A stretch of 64,000 nucleotides of DNA from a bacterium (GCA_030699905.1 JAUYKQ010000010.1:2554-66553), one strand, 5' to 3'. Counted from the stretch's first letter, positions 10,367 through 19,640 are shown. The notes: a model not told the origin generated them from the letters alone. Program-made: numbers and translations.

Positions 10367-10449
10367 ACCGGCAGACGAGGTAGTAATAAGTAGGAATGTC
10401 CCCAAGAGTCAGGCATAGCTACGCGAAAGCGTGGGTAATTCCTGATGGT

Positions 10450-10614
10450 CTGACCGCATCACATGGAATGTGAATTAAGTTTATCAAGTTCATAAAGTTG
10501 CAAGTTTATAAAGTAAGACCAATGCCGGATTTTTTAGGCTCGCTTTTCTTACTTGATGAACTTTATAACTTTTTACTTTATAAACTTATTTCGCCTCTCA
10601 TGTGATGCGGTCAG
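10450..10614 (+). repeat. Palindromic insertion in 16S h9 region (module B, aaagtt-type stem)
   Basis: ccgcatcacatggaatgtga...ctcatgtgatgcgg. Confidence 0.88.
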
Positions 10615-10861
10615 TAAAGTCGCAAGACGCTTTTGGAACAGCCTACTCGGTATCAGCTAGATGGTAGGGTAATGGCCTACCATGGCTATGACGCCTAGGG
10701 GGGGTGAGAGCCCGATCCCCACCGATCGGACTGAGATACGGCCGATACACCTACGGGTGGCTGCAGCCGAGAATATTCCGCAATGGGCGAAAGCCTGACG
10801 GAGCGACGCCGCGTGGTTGATGAAGTTCTTAGGAATGTAAAAACCTTTTATTAGGGAGGAA

Positions 10862-11006
10862 GCGTGCGAAGCACACTGTACATGACACTGATGACACGAA
10901 TGTAAAGAACGAATGACACGAATAAAATTAACAAGACTTGATTTTATTCGTGTCATTCGCATCTTCTATTCGTAGATTCGTGTCGAGTTCAGCGCGCTTC
11001 GCGCGT
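10862..11006 (+). repeat. Palindromic insertion in 16S h17 (module A, gacacgaat-type stem)
   Basis: gcgtgcgaagcac...gcgcgcttcgcgcgt, same ends as 703-844. Confidence 0.9.
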
Positions 11007-11675
11007 TTGACGTTACCTGATGAATAAGGGGTTGCTAAACTCGTGCCAGCAGCAGCGGTAATACGAGTGCCCCGAGCGTTATCCGGAATCATTGGGCGTA
11101 AAGGGTGTGTAGGCGGCTTTGTTAGTCCTCTGTTAAATTCTTCGGCTCAACCGGGGTCTTGCAGGGGATACGGCAAAGCTTGAGGGTGTGAGGGGTGAAT
11201 GGAACTCATGGTGTAGGGGTGAAATCCGTTGATATCATGGGGAACACCAAAAGCGAAGGCAATTCACTGGCGCACTCCTGACGCTGAAACACGAAAGCGT
11301 GGGTAGCGAATGGGATTAGATAATCCTTGCCCGCTAATAAAACATAGGCAAAAGGTGTCTCTCCCGAAGGCGACTTCGGGATGAAAATCTAGCTGTATCG
11401 GGGAAACTCTCTGACACTATGCGCTTACTGGCGCGTTGGAGACAATCCCGAGGGAAGTTTTCTTGCATTGAAAGAAGGTTAATTTACCTGCATTGTAATT
11501 CTTGGAGCAATGCTGGTGCGAGTAAGGGAAAAGAAAAACAACTGTCCATAGTCGGAGGGTTGGGTGTTGCGGGGCTATCTGCACATCTCTTTGTCCAGGA
11601 AAAACCACCAACAGAAAGCGTGAGTAATTCGTGAAAGCGTGAATATGTGTCCCTTACTCAATTTGTTCTTTGGGC

Positions 11676-11754
11676 GCGGATGTAGCTCAGTTGGAATGAG
11701 TATCACCTTGATAAGGTGAGGGTCGCAGGGTTCGAATCCTTGCCATCCGCTCCA
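11676..11754 (+). tRNA. Intron-embedded tRNA, anticodon GAT (Ile), tRNA-Gly-like body, U73, encoded CCA
   Basis: GCGGATG/CATCCGC acceptor, tcacc-ttGATaa-ggtga, gttcgaatc, 3' TCCA. Confidence 0.85.
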
Positions 11755-11871
11755 TTTTTCCGCCGAATTTTCGAAAAATTTGGCACCTTCTTTCAGTGCA
11801 AGACGACCCCGTAGAGACTATGAAATTGAGCAAGATAGTTGGTGCATTTTCTGTCGTAATGCAAAAAATAT

Positions 11872-12639
11872 ATGCAAAACGCGGATTCAAAATATGTGCC
11901 TTTGTCGAATCAAGTGCGAGCCATTATTCTAGGGTCAATTCTTGGAGATGGGTCGCTCAAGATTCAAAACGAGTACGCCAATGCGAATTTACAAATTCGT
12001 CATTCGGAAACTCAAAAAGACTATCTCTTATGGAAAGCGAATGTGCTTAAAGAGATAGCCGGAGATGGTAGTGTGAGCGTGCAAAAGCCGGATGGATACA
12101 GTACGAAGCCAAAGTGGAGGTTCAGGAGCAAGAGAACTCCAGCATTGACCGAACTGCATCATTTGACCTATAAGCACAATGCCTTGCGCATCAGGCGCAC
12201 ATGGTTAAATCAAATGAACGCTTTGTCGCTCGCCGTATGGTGGTGCGATGACGGTTCACTTATTGGCTACGGAGGCAGAAAAGGGGTGTTTTGTACCGAC
12301 GGCTTTGATGAAGAGTCAGTCAAAATACTTGCTCGCTATCTTGGAGTGGTTTGGAACATACGAGCGATAGTTGCTCCTGTCGGGCGAAAGCGCGATGGAA
12401 AGCAAGATCAGTATTGGCGGTTATGGATTCGTTCGCAGGAAGAATTGAAGAAATTTCTGCGTATTATCCTGCCGTACATACCTGTTTCGAGTATGCTCAA
12501 AAAAGCCATTCTACTCTATAAAGACCCTCAATTTCAACAACGCTGGATATCTGAAGTAATCAAGCTAAGTCCTTTTCCAGAATCTGTCATACTGGCGGAA
12601 TTTGAAAAAAAGAAAGCTAAATGGAATTGCTACAGATAA
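11872..12639 (+). CDS. Double-motif LAGLIDADG homing endonuclease in intron P8
   Basis: ILGSILGDG and LAVWWCDDG motifs. Confidence 0.93.
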   Translation: MQNADSKYVPLSNQVRAIILGSILGDGSLKIQNEYANANLQIRHSETQKDYLLWKANVLKEIAGDGSVSVQKPDGYSTKPKWRFRSKRTPALTELHHLTYKHNALRIRRTWLNQMNALSLAVWWCDDGSLIGYGGRKGVFCTDGFDEESVKILARYLGVVWNIRAIVAPVGRKRDGKQDQYWRLWIRSQEELKKFLRIILPYIPVSSMLKKAILLYKDPQFQQRWISEVIKLSPFPESVILAEFEKKKAKWNCYR

Positions 12640-12818
12640 AGATATAGTCCGGACTGCATGGAAACATGTAGAGCGAGGCAGAAATGCCCTCGCCTCCGCA
12701 TCAGGCGGAAGTAACATTTTCAACCCCAGTAGTCCACGCCCTAAACGATGTTCATTTGCTTTTCGGAGTATCGACCCTCTGAGAGGCGTAGCTAACGCGT
12801 TAAATGAACCGCCTGGGT

Positions 12819-12850
<32 letters not shown>

Positions 12851-12963
12851 AGACGGGGACTTGCACAAGCGGTGGATCATGTGGTTTAATTCGATACTAA
12901 ACGAAGAACCTTACCAAGCCTAGACATCCAAGGGAACTCCAGTAGAAATATTGGAGGCCACCA

Positions 12964-13096
12964 CTTTGCGCGGAAGACGCAAAGTGAGTTCGTCAAGTTA
13001 TAAAGTATAAAGTTCATCAAGTTAGAGAATGTCTTACTTGATAAACTTTAAGAACTTTTGACTTGATAAACTTACTTTGTTCGCTTGCGAACAAAG
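12964..13096 (+). repeat. Palindromic insertion (module C) joining 16S h33 directly to h40
   Basis: Near copy of the 5S insertion; flanks do not pair with each other. Confidence 0.9.
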
Positions 13097-13267
13097 TGCG
13101 GGGAGGAAGGCGAGGATGACGCCAGATCAGCATGACCCTTTGACGGCTTGGGCTACACACGTGATACAATGGCTGTTACAACACGTTTGCGACGGAGTAA
13201 TCCTGAGCTAATCGTTATAAAAGCAGCCCCAGTTCGGATTGAGGTCTGCAACTCGACCTCATGAAGT

Positions 13268-13314
<47 letters not shown>

Positions 13315-13421
13315 TCAAGTCTTGTACTCGGGTCGCCATGCGATCGAGTACGCTAGTTGGTGACCCGTCCTTCGTTAAAATTACGGAGGGCACGGTCCAG
13401 CTGTAATTTTTGAGCTTAATT

Positions 13422-13457
13422 AAATAAAAACCCCTGCTTATTTTATAAGGGGGGTTT
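13422..13457 (-). terminator. Intrinsic terminator of antisense sRNA
   Basis: Minus strand aaaccccccttat-aaa-ataagcagggg-tttttattt. Confidence 0.7.
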
Positions 13458-13618
13458 AGGATCTAGAACTCTGAAAGCTGTTGTTGCGAGTTTCTATCTC
13501 TATTCTGCGGGACCGGCGTTGGATCTATTCAAACCAACCGCTTTCGCTTTTGGGGACTGATTTCGAACATTCTTCCAGAACTCCCTGACAAGATCCCTAA
13601 TTAATTAGGTCAGGACTA
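13422..13618 (-). ncRNA. Candidate antisense small RNA (6S-like) inside the group II intron
   Basis: Upstream promoter, rod structure with central bubble, intrinsic terminator. Confidence 0.55.
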
Positions 13619-13624
13619 TGTTAC

Positions 13625-13653
13625 ATGTTATCATATCTTGTGTTATCAGTCAA
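13625..13653 (-). promoter_or_regulatory. sigma70 promoter, antisense to 16S
   Basis: TTGACT-17 bp-TAACAT with TG extended -10. Confidence 0.7.
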
Positions 13654-14353
13654 GAGCTTGAAAATTACAGCTGGACACGTTTTCGCTGAAGCTATAGCGA
13701 GGCGAGGAAATCCAACCAAGACAATTCACAGTGTCTTGAAGCGAAATACTAGTCTACTGTCCGCGAGGACTATAGATGAAGGAGTAAAGTAGCATTTCTT
13801 AGCTTGAATGCCAGTCATGGCGCATAACAGAGGTTATCCTGCGAGTACATGGAGAAACCTACTGTGTTACAAAAACTGTTATGCGTATCGTGGCATCGAG
13901 ATGAGAAAAAACAGTGTATTCGGTTACCGTGGGAGATCTCACTTGTTCTTTGTTTTTAAAGAGCAAAGTAAGCAATATATTAGGACGGGCAAAAATTTCC
14001 TAAAGTATTGATTAACAATAAGTGAGAAGTCTGCAGAGTCCGTAGTACCTATCGAAGTAAAATTTGATAGGGAAGGGACGAACTTAGAGGTTGTATGTAA
14101 TTTTTAATTTTGCATTGCTTGTCCCGTAGCGAGTTCTGCTCTGCTACAGGGATCATTTTGCATTTTGAGATTTGCATTTTAAATTTCTAAGAACCGCTAG
14201 GGTGCGGGAAAACCGCTTGCCCAGTGGTGTTTGGCTATTGAAAATAAATATCAATTGACCGAAAAACCGCCCGTCAACTCAAGGGAGTTGGGAATACCCG
14301 AAGCGCACGCTTTGCGTGCACTACGGTAAGCTCAATAACAGGGAGTAAGTCGT

Positions 14354-15287
14354 TATTGTAAAATACAATTGCGACCTGTCAAGGAAACTTGACAGAAAAA
14401 TCCAACTGAAATCGGTGAACCCCTCCTCTTTAATTTGTTATAATTAAAGGCATGAAGGCAATACCGAGGGAAGCTGGGAGAGTCACTTATTCAACGGAGA
14501 TTCGAAAGTTAAAAAATATTTCTTTTACCGAGGAGCAAAGAGCTCTCATTATTGGAAGTATTTTAGGCGACGGATGTCTGTGTGATAATTGGTCAAAGAC
14601 CAATTATCGTTTGTTTATCAATCATTGTCTGGGACAAAAAGATTACGTATGGTGGAAATACGGTGTTCTTAAGAATTATATCCTTTCAGAACCTAGATAC
14701 TATGATAGGAATAATTCCCTTACTATCCGGACCATTAGTCACTCTGAATTATCAGAATTGCGGAATGTTTTCTACAGAGATAAACAAAAAATAATTCCTC
14801 AAAATATTCAAGAATTTCTAAAGGATCCTCGCGTGCTTGCAGTATGGTTTATGGATGATGGTAACAATGTTATCCGGAATGGAAAAATTATTGGTTACCA
14901 CATCAACACACAATCATTCACACGAAAAGAAAATAAATTGCTTGCAAAATGTCTGTATGCCATTTACGGCATAGAAGCTCTGTTAGAACGAAATCATAAA
15001 AGGTATAGATTAGCAATTTGGAAGCGAGATTCGAGGTTGAAAATTAGAAACTTGGTAAAGCCGTATGTATTGGAAAGTATGCAATACAAACTCGGTTGAA
15101 TAAGCGACTCTCCTTAGCCCCGTAGAGACTGGATTCCGCTTAAAAGCGGATGAAGATAGCATGCACATAATGTGTCGCAGTGCCTCGACATTGCGATTAC
15201 GGTGCTATAAAACGTTGGCTCCATTGATAATTATCAATCGGATGAAGATATAGTCCATGCCCCAATGAAAATTGGGGAGAGAACATG
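14354..15287 (+). mobile_element. Group I intron at 16S position 1498
   Basis: Exons aagtcgt|aacaagg; P1 gtcgt/gcgac; P7 gagact / agtc; terminal G15287. Confidence 0.94.
14452..15099 (+). CDS. Double-motif LAGLIDADG homing endonuclease in intron P6 region
   Basis: IIGSILGDG and LAVWFMDDG. Confidence 0.92.
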   Translation: MKAIPREAGRVTYSTEIRKLKNISFTEEQRALIIGSILGDGCLCDNWSKTNYRLFINHCLGQKDYVWWKYGVLKNYILSEPRYYDRNNSLTIRTISHSELSELRNVFYRDKQKIIPQNIQEFLKDPRVLAVWFMDDGNNVIRNGKIIGYHINTQSFTRKENKLLAKCLYAIYGIEALLERNHKRYRLAIWKRDSRLKIRNLVKPYVLESMQYKLG

Positions 15288-15475
15288 AACAAGGCACGGG
15301 TAGCGGAAGCTGCTCGTGGAATATTTCAAGTGAACAATGTCAGGAGCGGATTATCGCGGATAAAAACGCTGATAGACGCCGATGACTGAACGAGTCGATA
15401 TCGCTATCTCTACGGAGTAAGCGGTGGATAAGATTAATATCCTAAAAAAAATCTGACAGACCGGAAAGACGGCAC

Positions 15476-15676
15476 CCGCCGTATCACATGGAATGTGATA
15501 GCGGAAATCCAAAGCACGAAATACTAAATCCTAAACAATATCAAAATTCAAATGACAAAAATTCCAAACAGTAGTCTCTATTTTGAATTTAATATTTTGA
15601 TAATTTGAATTTGTTTCGGATTTCGGTATTAGAATTTCGGATTTTCCGCATCATCGTGTCTCATGTGATGCGGCGG
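15476..15676 (+). repeat. Palindromic element in 16S trailer (module B, aaattc/aaatcc-type stem)
   Basis: ccgtatcacatggaatgtga...ctcatgtgatgcgg as in 10454-10610. Confidence 0.85.
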
Positions 15677-15765
15677 TAAGGAACGGAACAAAACAAAGGA
15701 CAGAAGGTAAAAGAAATTTCAATTTCTAATTGTCTAATTCACATAGATGAAGACAAAGAAGGGTC

Positions 15766-15799
15766 AAAAAAACGGCTAAATATATTTAGCCGTTTTTTT
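15766..15799 (+). terminator. Intrinsic terminator after 16S transcript
   Basis: aaaaaacggctaaat-at-atttagccgttttttt. Confidence 0.75.
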
Positions 15800-15842
15800 G
15801 TTGCTATAGCGCGCTATTTTTGGTATATTTTCAGAGTAATTT

Positions 15843-15919
15843 GCGAGTGTAGCTCAGGTGGTTAGAGCACTCCACTGATAATGGAGAGGTCCCAAGTTCG
15901 AGTCTTGGCACTCGCACCA
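15843..15919 (+). tRNA. tRNA-Ile (GAT)
   Basis: GCGAGTG/CACTCGC, ctcca-ctGATaa-tggag, A73, CCA. Confidence 0.95.
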
Positions 15920-15973
15920 CTAATTCCTAATGTCGCTTAAAATGTCATACGCCTTTGTTGCGCGCTCCGTTCT

Positions 15974-16924
15974 TTATTTTCCTCCAACCAAACACACTAC
16001 GGTCCCATCAAAATTTCTGTTTTCTCTTACGGCTTGAATCAAACCGGCTATGGCTAACACCCCGTTTGGAGTCAGTTCCAAATCTGCTTTTTCTTTGACT
16101 AACTTTTGGGCCACCAGAATTTCTTCATTTGAAACAATCCAAGCCCCGCCACCGCTTTTATTTACAAAAAGTTTTACCCGCTCTTTGCGATGCCCGATTT
16201 TATCAACAATGGCGTCAGCGAGCGACTTTTCCTCTGCGACTTCTTCCGCCTTTTTTCCCAAAAGCAGACGAGCAATAGCATTACACCCGCTTGTCTGCGT
16301 AATATGATGGGCTACGAGTTTGTTTCTCCGGTAGATGTCCGCGGCGAGTCCTTCCGCCGTAGTACCCGAAGAACAGGCGGTGAAAATGTCTCTGACGTCG
16401 GGAATCTCCAAAATTTCCTCCGCCAGCTCAAAATATCCGATAAGAGCCGTGTCGTCGGTTGATTGTCGCAAACTCCGCACCTCGCCGCTTTTCGTAAATT
16501 CCAAAAGTTTCTGCTTAGGCCGTTCCTCTTCTATTATTTCAATTCTCCCGTCCTTCGTTTTCGCGAGTTCTTTTTTCTTTTCCTCATTTATATTTTTGCC
16601 GATAAAGACGGTAAGCGACAGGTCCTTTTCCGAAAGTGTTGCGAAGTGTCTTACCGCCGCCAGTCCTGCGTTTCCTGAAGAAGAAATGGCAAAACGGCGC
16701 GTCCCTTCGCTTTTGTACAGGTCAATCATGCGGGGAATAGAACGACCCTTATGCGAGCCGTACGGATGCAAGTCCTCCCGTTTTAAAAACAACCTTCTCA
16801 GCCCCAATGACGCGGTCAGTTTAGGATATTCCTCAGCGGGAGTTACGGTTTTAAATTCAGTTTCTCCGTCACTCCTTTCCGCTGAGTCGTTCCCGACAGT
16901 CAACGTTTTTTCCTGTTTTGACAT
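15974..16924 (-). CDS. PLP-dependent fold-type II enzyme (threonine/cysteine synthase-like)
   Basis: LKREDLHPYGSHKGR, SSSGNAG, SSGTT. Confidence 0.85.
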   Translation of the reverse strand: MSKQEKTLTVGNDSAERSDGETEFKTVTPAEEYPKLTASLGLRRLFLKREDLHPYGSHKGRSIPRMIDLYKSEGTRRFAISSSGNAGLAAVRHFATLSEKDLSLTVFIGKNINEEKKKELAKTKDGRIEIIEEERPKQKLLEFTKSGEVRSLRQSTDDTALIGYFELAEEILEIPDVRDIFTACSSGTTAEGLAADIYRRNKLVAHHITQTSGCNAIARLLLGKKAEEVAEEKSLADAIVDKIGHRKERVKLFVNKSGGGAWIVSNEEILVAQKLVKEKADLELTPNGVLAIAGLIQAVRENRNFDGTVVCLVGGK

Positions 16925-17104
16925 AGTGTATGGGATTTAGCGTATAGCTTACAGCTAAGAAAGTCAATTGAATTTATGCGGGTTTCAGGTAGAATATAGA
17001 GCGTTATACTTTTAATCACAAATCAATCTCTAATTTCTGCTCGAATCCTCTCGAATTCCGATTCGGGACGATTAGAGTTCTTAATTCGGGATTGATTAGA
17101 GAAA

Positions 17105-17272
17105 ATGAAATTAATTTGTATTGAATGCAAAAACGAAATTGATACGTCTCCGTATCCGAACTTGTCAAAAAACCAGACATTGGAATGCAACCACTGTGGC
17201 ATCTCTCTTCTGGTGTCTGACGTAAAAGACAGTGGGGAAGTGGAAGTGGAAATCGCCGATGAGGGTAAATAG
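17105..17272 (+). CDS. 55-aa LysW-like zinc-ribbon protein (not in ORF track)
   Basis: MKLICIECKNEIDTSPYPNLSKNQTLECNHCGISLLVSDVKDSGEVEVEIADEGK; CxxC...CxxCG and acidic tail; TTGAAT...TAGAAT upstream. Confidence 0.75.
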   Translation: MKLICIECKNEIDTSPYPNLSKNQTLECNHCGISLLVSDVKDSGEVEVEIADEGK

Positions 17273-17346
17273 AATAATGTAACGTGTAGCTTGTAACGCA
17301 AAACATCAGGAAGTGACGCAAGGCGGACTTCCTTAAACTTGTTGAA

Positions 17347-18813
17347 TCACGAATCTTTAATCTGTCTTACCGTTTCCTCTATCATCCCCCTGAAACCGTG
17401 AGAACCGAGAAAGGATACCACATCTCCTTTTCTAATATTCGCTTTGATATACTGAATCACTTCCTCGTCTTTTTCTATGTATTTTGTGTTTACAAGTGTT
17501 TTGGATATCGTATGCGCGAGCTCGGCCCCTCCCATCGGAGCTTCCTTTTCCGGAGAAATTTTCTGTTTTGTAAGGCGAGGGATAATTACCAAGTCAGCAT
17601 CTTTAAAAGCGTCATCATAGGTTTTTTTCGCCATCTTCTCCCGTCCTCCGATATTCGGCTCAAAAATAGCAATGATTTTGGAGTTGCCATAAATAGAGCG
17701 GAGTTCCGCGAGAGTAAAGCGAGCTTTGCTTGGCGAGTGGGCTATGTCGTCAATAATGACAATGTCGTTCGCGTATCGTTTCTCAAGGCGACGTTTTAAG
17801 CCCTTAAATTCCGCCAAGGCCTTTTTTATAGTTTCCGGCTCAATTCCGATTTCTCGGGCCATGGCGAAAGCACCTGTAATATTTTCGGCATTGTAAAGTC
17901 CGATCATCGGCGAATTGATACGATGTGCCGTATTATTGTGGACAATCTCAAAAGTCAGCCCGTTCTTGTCTTGCCGGACATTTTCGTATCGGTACGTAGA
18001 GTCGGAACTTTTTCCGTATGAAGTAACTTGACTGCCTTCAATAACTTTTTTCACGCCCGGGTCGTCTATGTTTGCCAAGATATTTTTTTTGTCAGGAATA
18101 GAGTTAACAAGATTTTGAAAAGTTTCAAAATACGAGTCCTCTGTCTCATACATATCGGCGTGGTCCCAAGACACAGCAGTCAAAAGCAATCGGGTTGGTT
18201 TGTAATACGCAAATTTCGGCTTCTTGTCCCAAATGGCGGCTTGATACTCGTCTCCTTCAACGACACTCAAGTCGCTACCCGTGATTTTTCCGCTCGCGTG
18301 AGATAGCGAAAGTCCGCCAAAAAAATAGTTCGGATTGACTCCGGCGTATTCAAGTATAAAAGAAAGCAGGGCCGATGAAGTCGTTTTTCCCCATGTTCCG
18401 GCTACGACAACGGACTCATTTTTGACAATAAATTTGCCGACCGCCTCGGCAAAAGACAAAATGGGGATGTTTTTTTCTTTGGCAAAAATAATTTCCGGAT
18501 TGCTTTCACTTGTTCCGCCACCACCCGCTACCACCAAGTCAGGAGTTCCCACTCTTTCGTTTCCTCCCTGCTCCACCCCTCCTCTTTGAGGAGGGGTGTC
18601 CGTTCTGACGGACGGGGTGGTGTCTTTTGTTTTCATCCTCTCCGGATGCCAGCCCGCCCAAAATTCCACCCCTGCCTCTTTAAGTGCGTTTGATACGGGT
18701 GGGAAAAAGCCCTTGTCGCTTCCTGTTACTTTGTATCCGGCCGTTTTAAGCGCGACTGCAAGCGCTGATGTTCCAACACCGCAGATTCCAATAATGTGTA
18801 TGTGATTGGTCAT
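17347..18813 (-). CDS. Mur ligase, Mpl/MurC-like
   Basis: IHIIGICGVG, AGTWGKTT, VEGDEY, DDIAHSP. Confidence 0.88.
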   Translation of the reverse strand: MTNHIHIIGICGVGTSALAVALKTAGYKVTGSDKGFFPPVSNALKEAGVEFWAGWHPERMKTKDTTPSVRTDTPPQRGGVEQGGNERVGTPDLVVAGGGGTSESNPEIIFAKEKNIPILSFAEAVGKFIVKNESVVVAGTWGKTTSSALLSFILEYAGVNPNYFFGGLSLSHASGKITGSDLSVVEGDEYQAAIWDKKPKFAYYKPTRLLLTAVSWDHADMYETEDSYFETFQNLVNSIPDKKNILANIDDPGVKKVIEGSQVTSYGKSSDSTYRYENVRQDKNGLTFEIVHNNTAHRINSPMIGLYNAENITGAFAMAREIGIEPETIKKALAEFKGLKRRLEKRYANDIVIIDDIAHSPSKARFTLAELRSIYGNSKIIAIFEPNIGGREKMAKKTYDDAFKDADLVIIPRLTKQKISPEKEAPMGGAELAHTISKTLVNTKYIEKDEEVIQYIKANIRKGDVVSFLGSHGFRGMIEETVRQIKDS

Positions 18814-19118
18814 AAGTTGTTCAATCCGCACTGCGCCCGCCATAGCTTCAAAGCGAAGGCGGGGATGCCGATGATGTGTATGTGTGAAGTCATAATCTCT
18901 AATCAAACCCGAATTCTCTAATCAGACACGAATTAAAGTCGCGAATACTCCCTAATATCAGATTCGAGATTGATTCGGGATAAAATTCTTATTTTACTAT
19001 TCGGGTTTATTAGTGATAATAACTGAAAATCGTCGGAAAATACAGGTGTTGACAGACCGTTGTATCGCTTGTTCTACGAGTGTATAATTATAGCAGTTTA
19101 ATCAATTTAACTTTAAAT

Positions 19119-19571
19119 ATGGAAAAGCATAATAATTTCGAGGCCGTGGCTATTGAGGCAGACATGGAAAATAATGAAAAGGAGGGGTGGTTGGCGCACA
19201 GAGTGTCTACTTTAAGAAGTTTTGTATTAGCTGATGTGGTAAAGGTCATCCAAAAAAAGATGGCTGATGATTTGCGTCTTAAAAAAGCAAGTGACAGGAG
19301 GGGAGGATCTACCGCATTGTCACTAAATTTTTCTGATATGGCAGGGGTTAGAACGGATTTACGGCCAGCGTCACGAGATAGAATCGATTGGCTTTTGGTT
19401 GATAATGACGGTTATGGAAAAGACATCCCTTTAAGTGCCGTATTGGAGGTTGTGAAAAAAGAACTGATGATTAGATATGAAGAAAAGTTGGAGTTGCTTG
19501 GAAGTGATTCGTCGGAAGAAGACCTTTCGCAAGTTGCGTTTGAACCCATTCCCGGTAGAGAAAATGTATAA
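19119..19571 (+). CDS. Hypothetical protein
   Basis: 150-aa ORF downstream of TATAAT. Confidence 0.6.
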   Translation: MEKHNNFEAVAIEADMENNEKEGWLAHRVSTLRSFVLADVVKVIQKKMADDLRLKKASDRRGGSTALSLNFSDMAGVRTDLRPASRDRIDWLLVDNDGYGKDIPLSAVLEVVKKELMIRYEEKLELLGSDSSEEDLSQVAFEPIPGRENV

Positions 19572-19640
19572 TCTACCTGACTTCAGGTATATCTCACACA
19601 TACCATATCCATTATTCGGCCGGATAATGGATAAAATAAT

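Larger units (their letters stand above)
11322..12722 (+). mobile_element. Group I intron at 16S position 793 carrying a tRNA and a LAGLIDADG gene; terminal residue A
   Basis: Exons ggattagat|acccc; IGS 'aggtgtct' pairs with agat (U.G) and acc; P7 gagacta / tagtc. Confidence 0.93.
13330..14265 (+). mobile_element. ORF-less group II intron, class IIC-like, at 16S position 1397
   Basis: DV 'gaaccgctagggtgcgggaaaaccgcttgcccagtggtgt' with CGC triad; 'gggagatctc', 'gagaagtctgcagagtccgtagtacc', 'gaagggacgaac'; DVI with bulged A14258. Confidence 0.88.

Noticed and set aside
13505-13535. Minus-strand GCCGGTCCC as a twister ribozyme
   Set aside because: The following AAGCCC and the other conserved twister elements are absent
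16335-16940. 201-aa plus-strand ORF and similar long antisense ORFs (5749, 9356, 27842, 47514, 55401)
   Set aside because: Mostly shadows of well-supported genes on the opposite strand; none has recognisable motifs
17016-17321. Minus-strand 92/101-aa ORFs
   Set aside because: They run through repeats; the plus-strand CxxC protein is the better explanation
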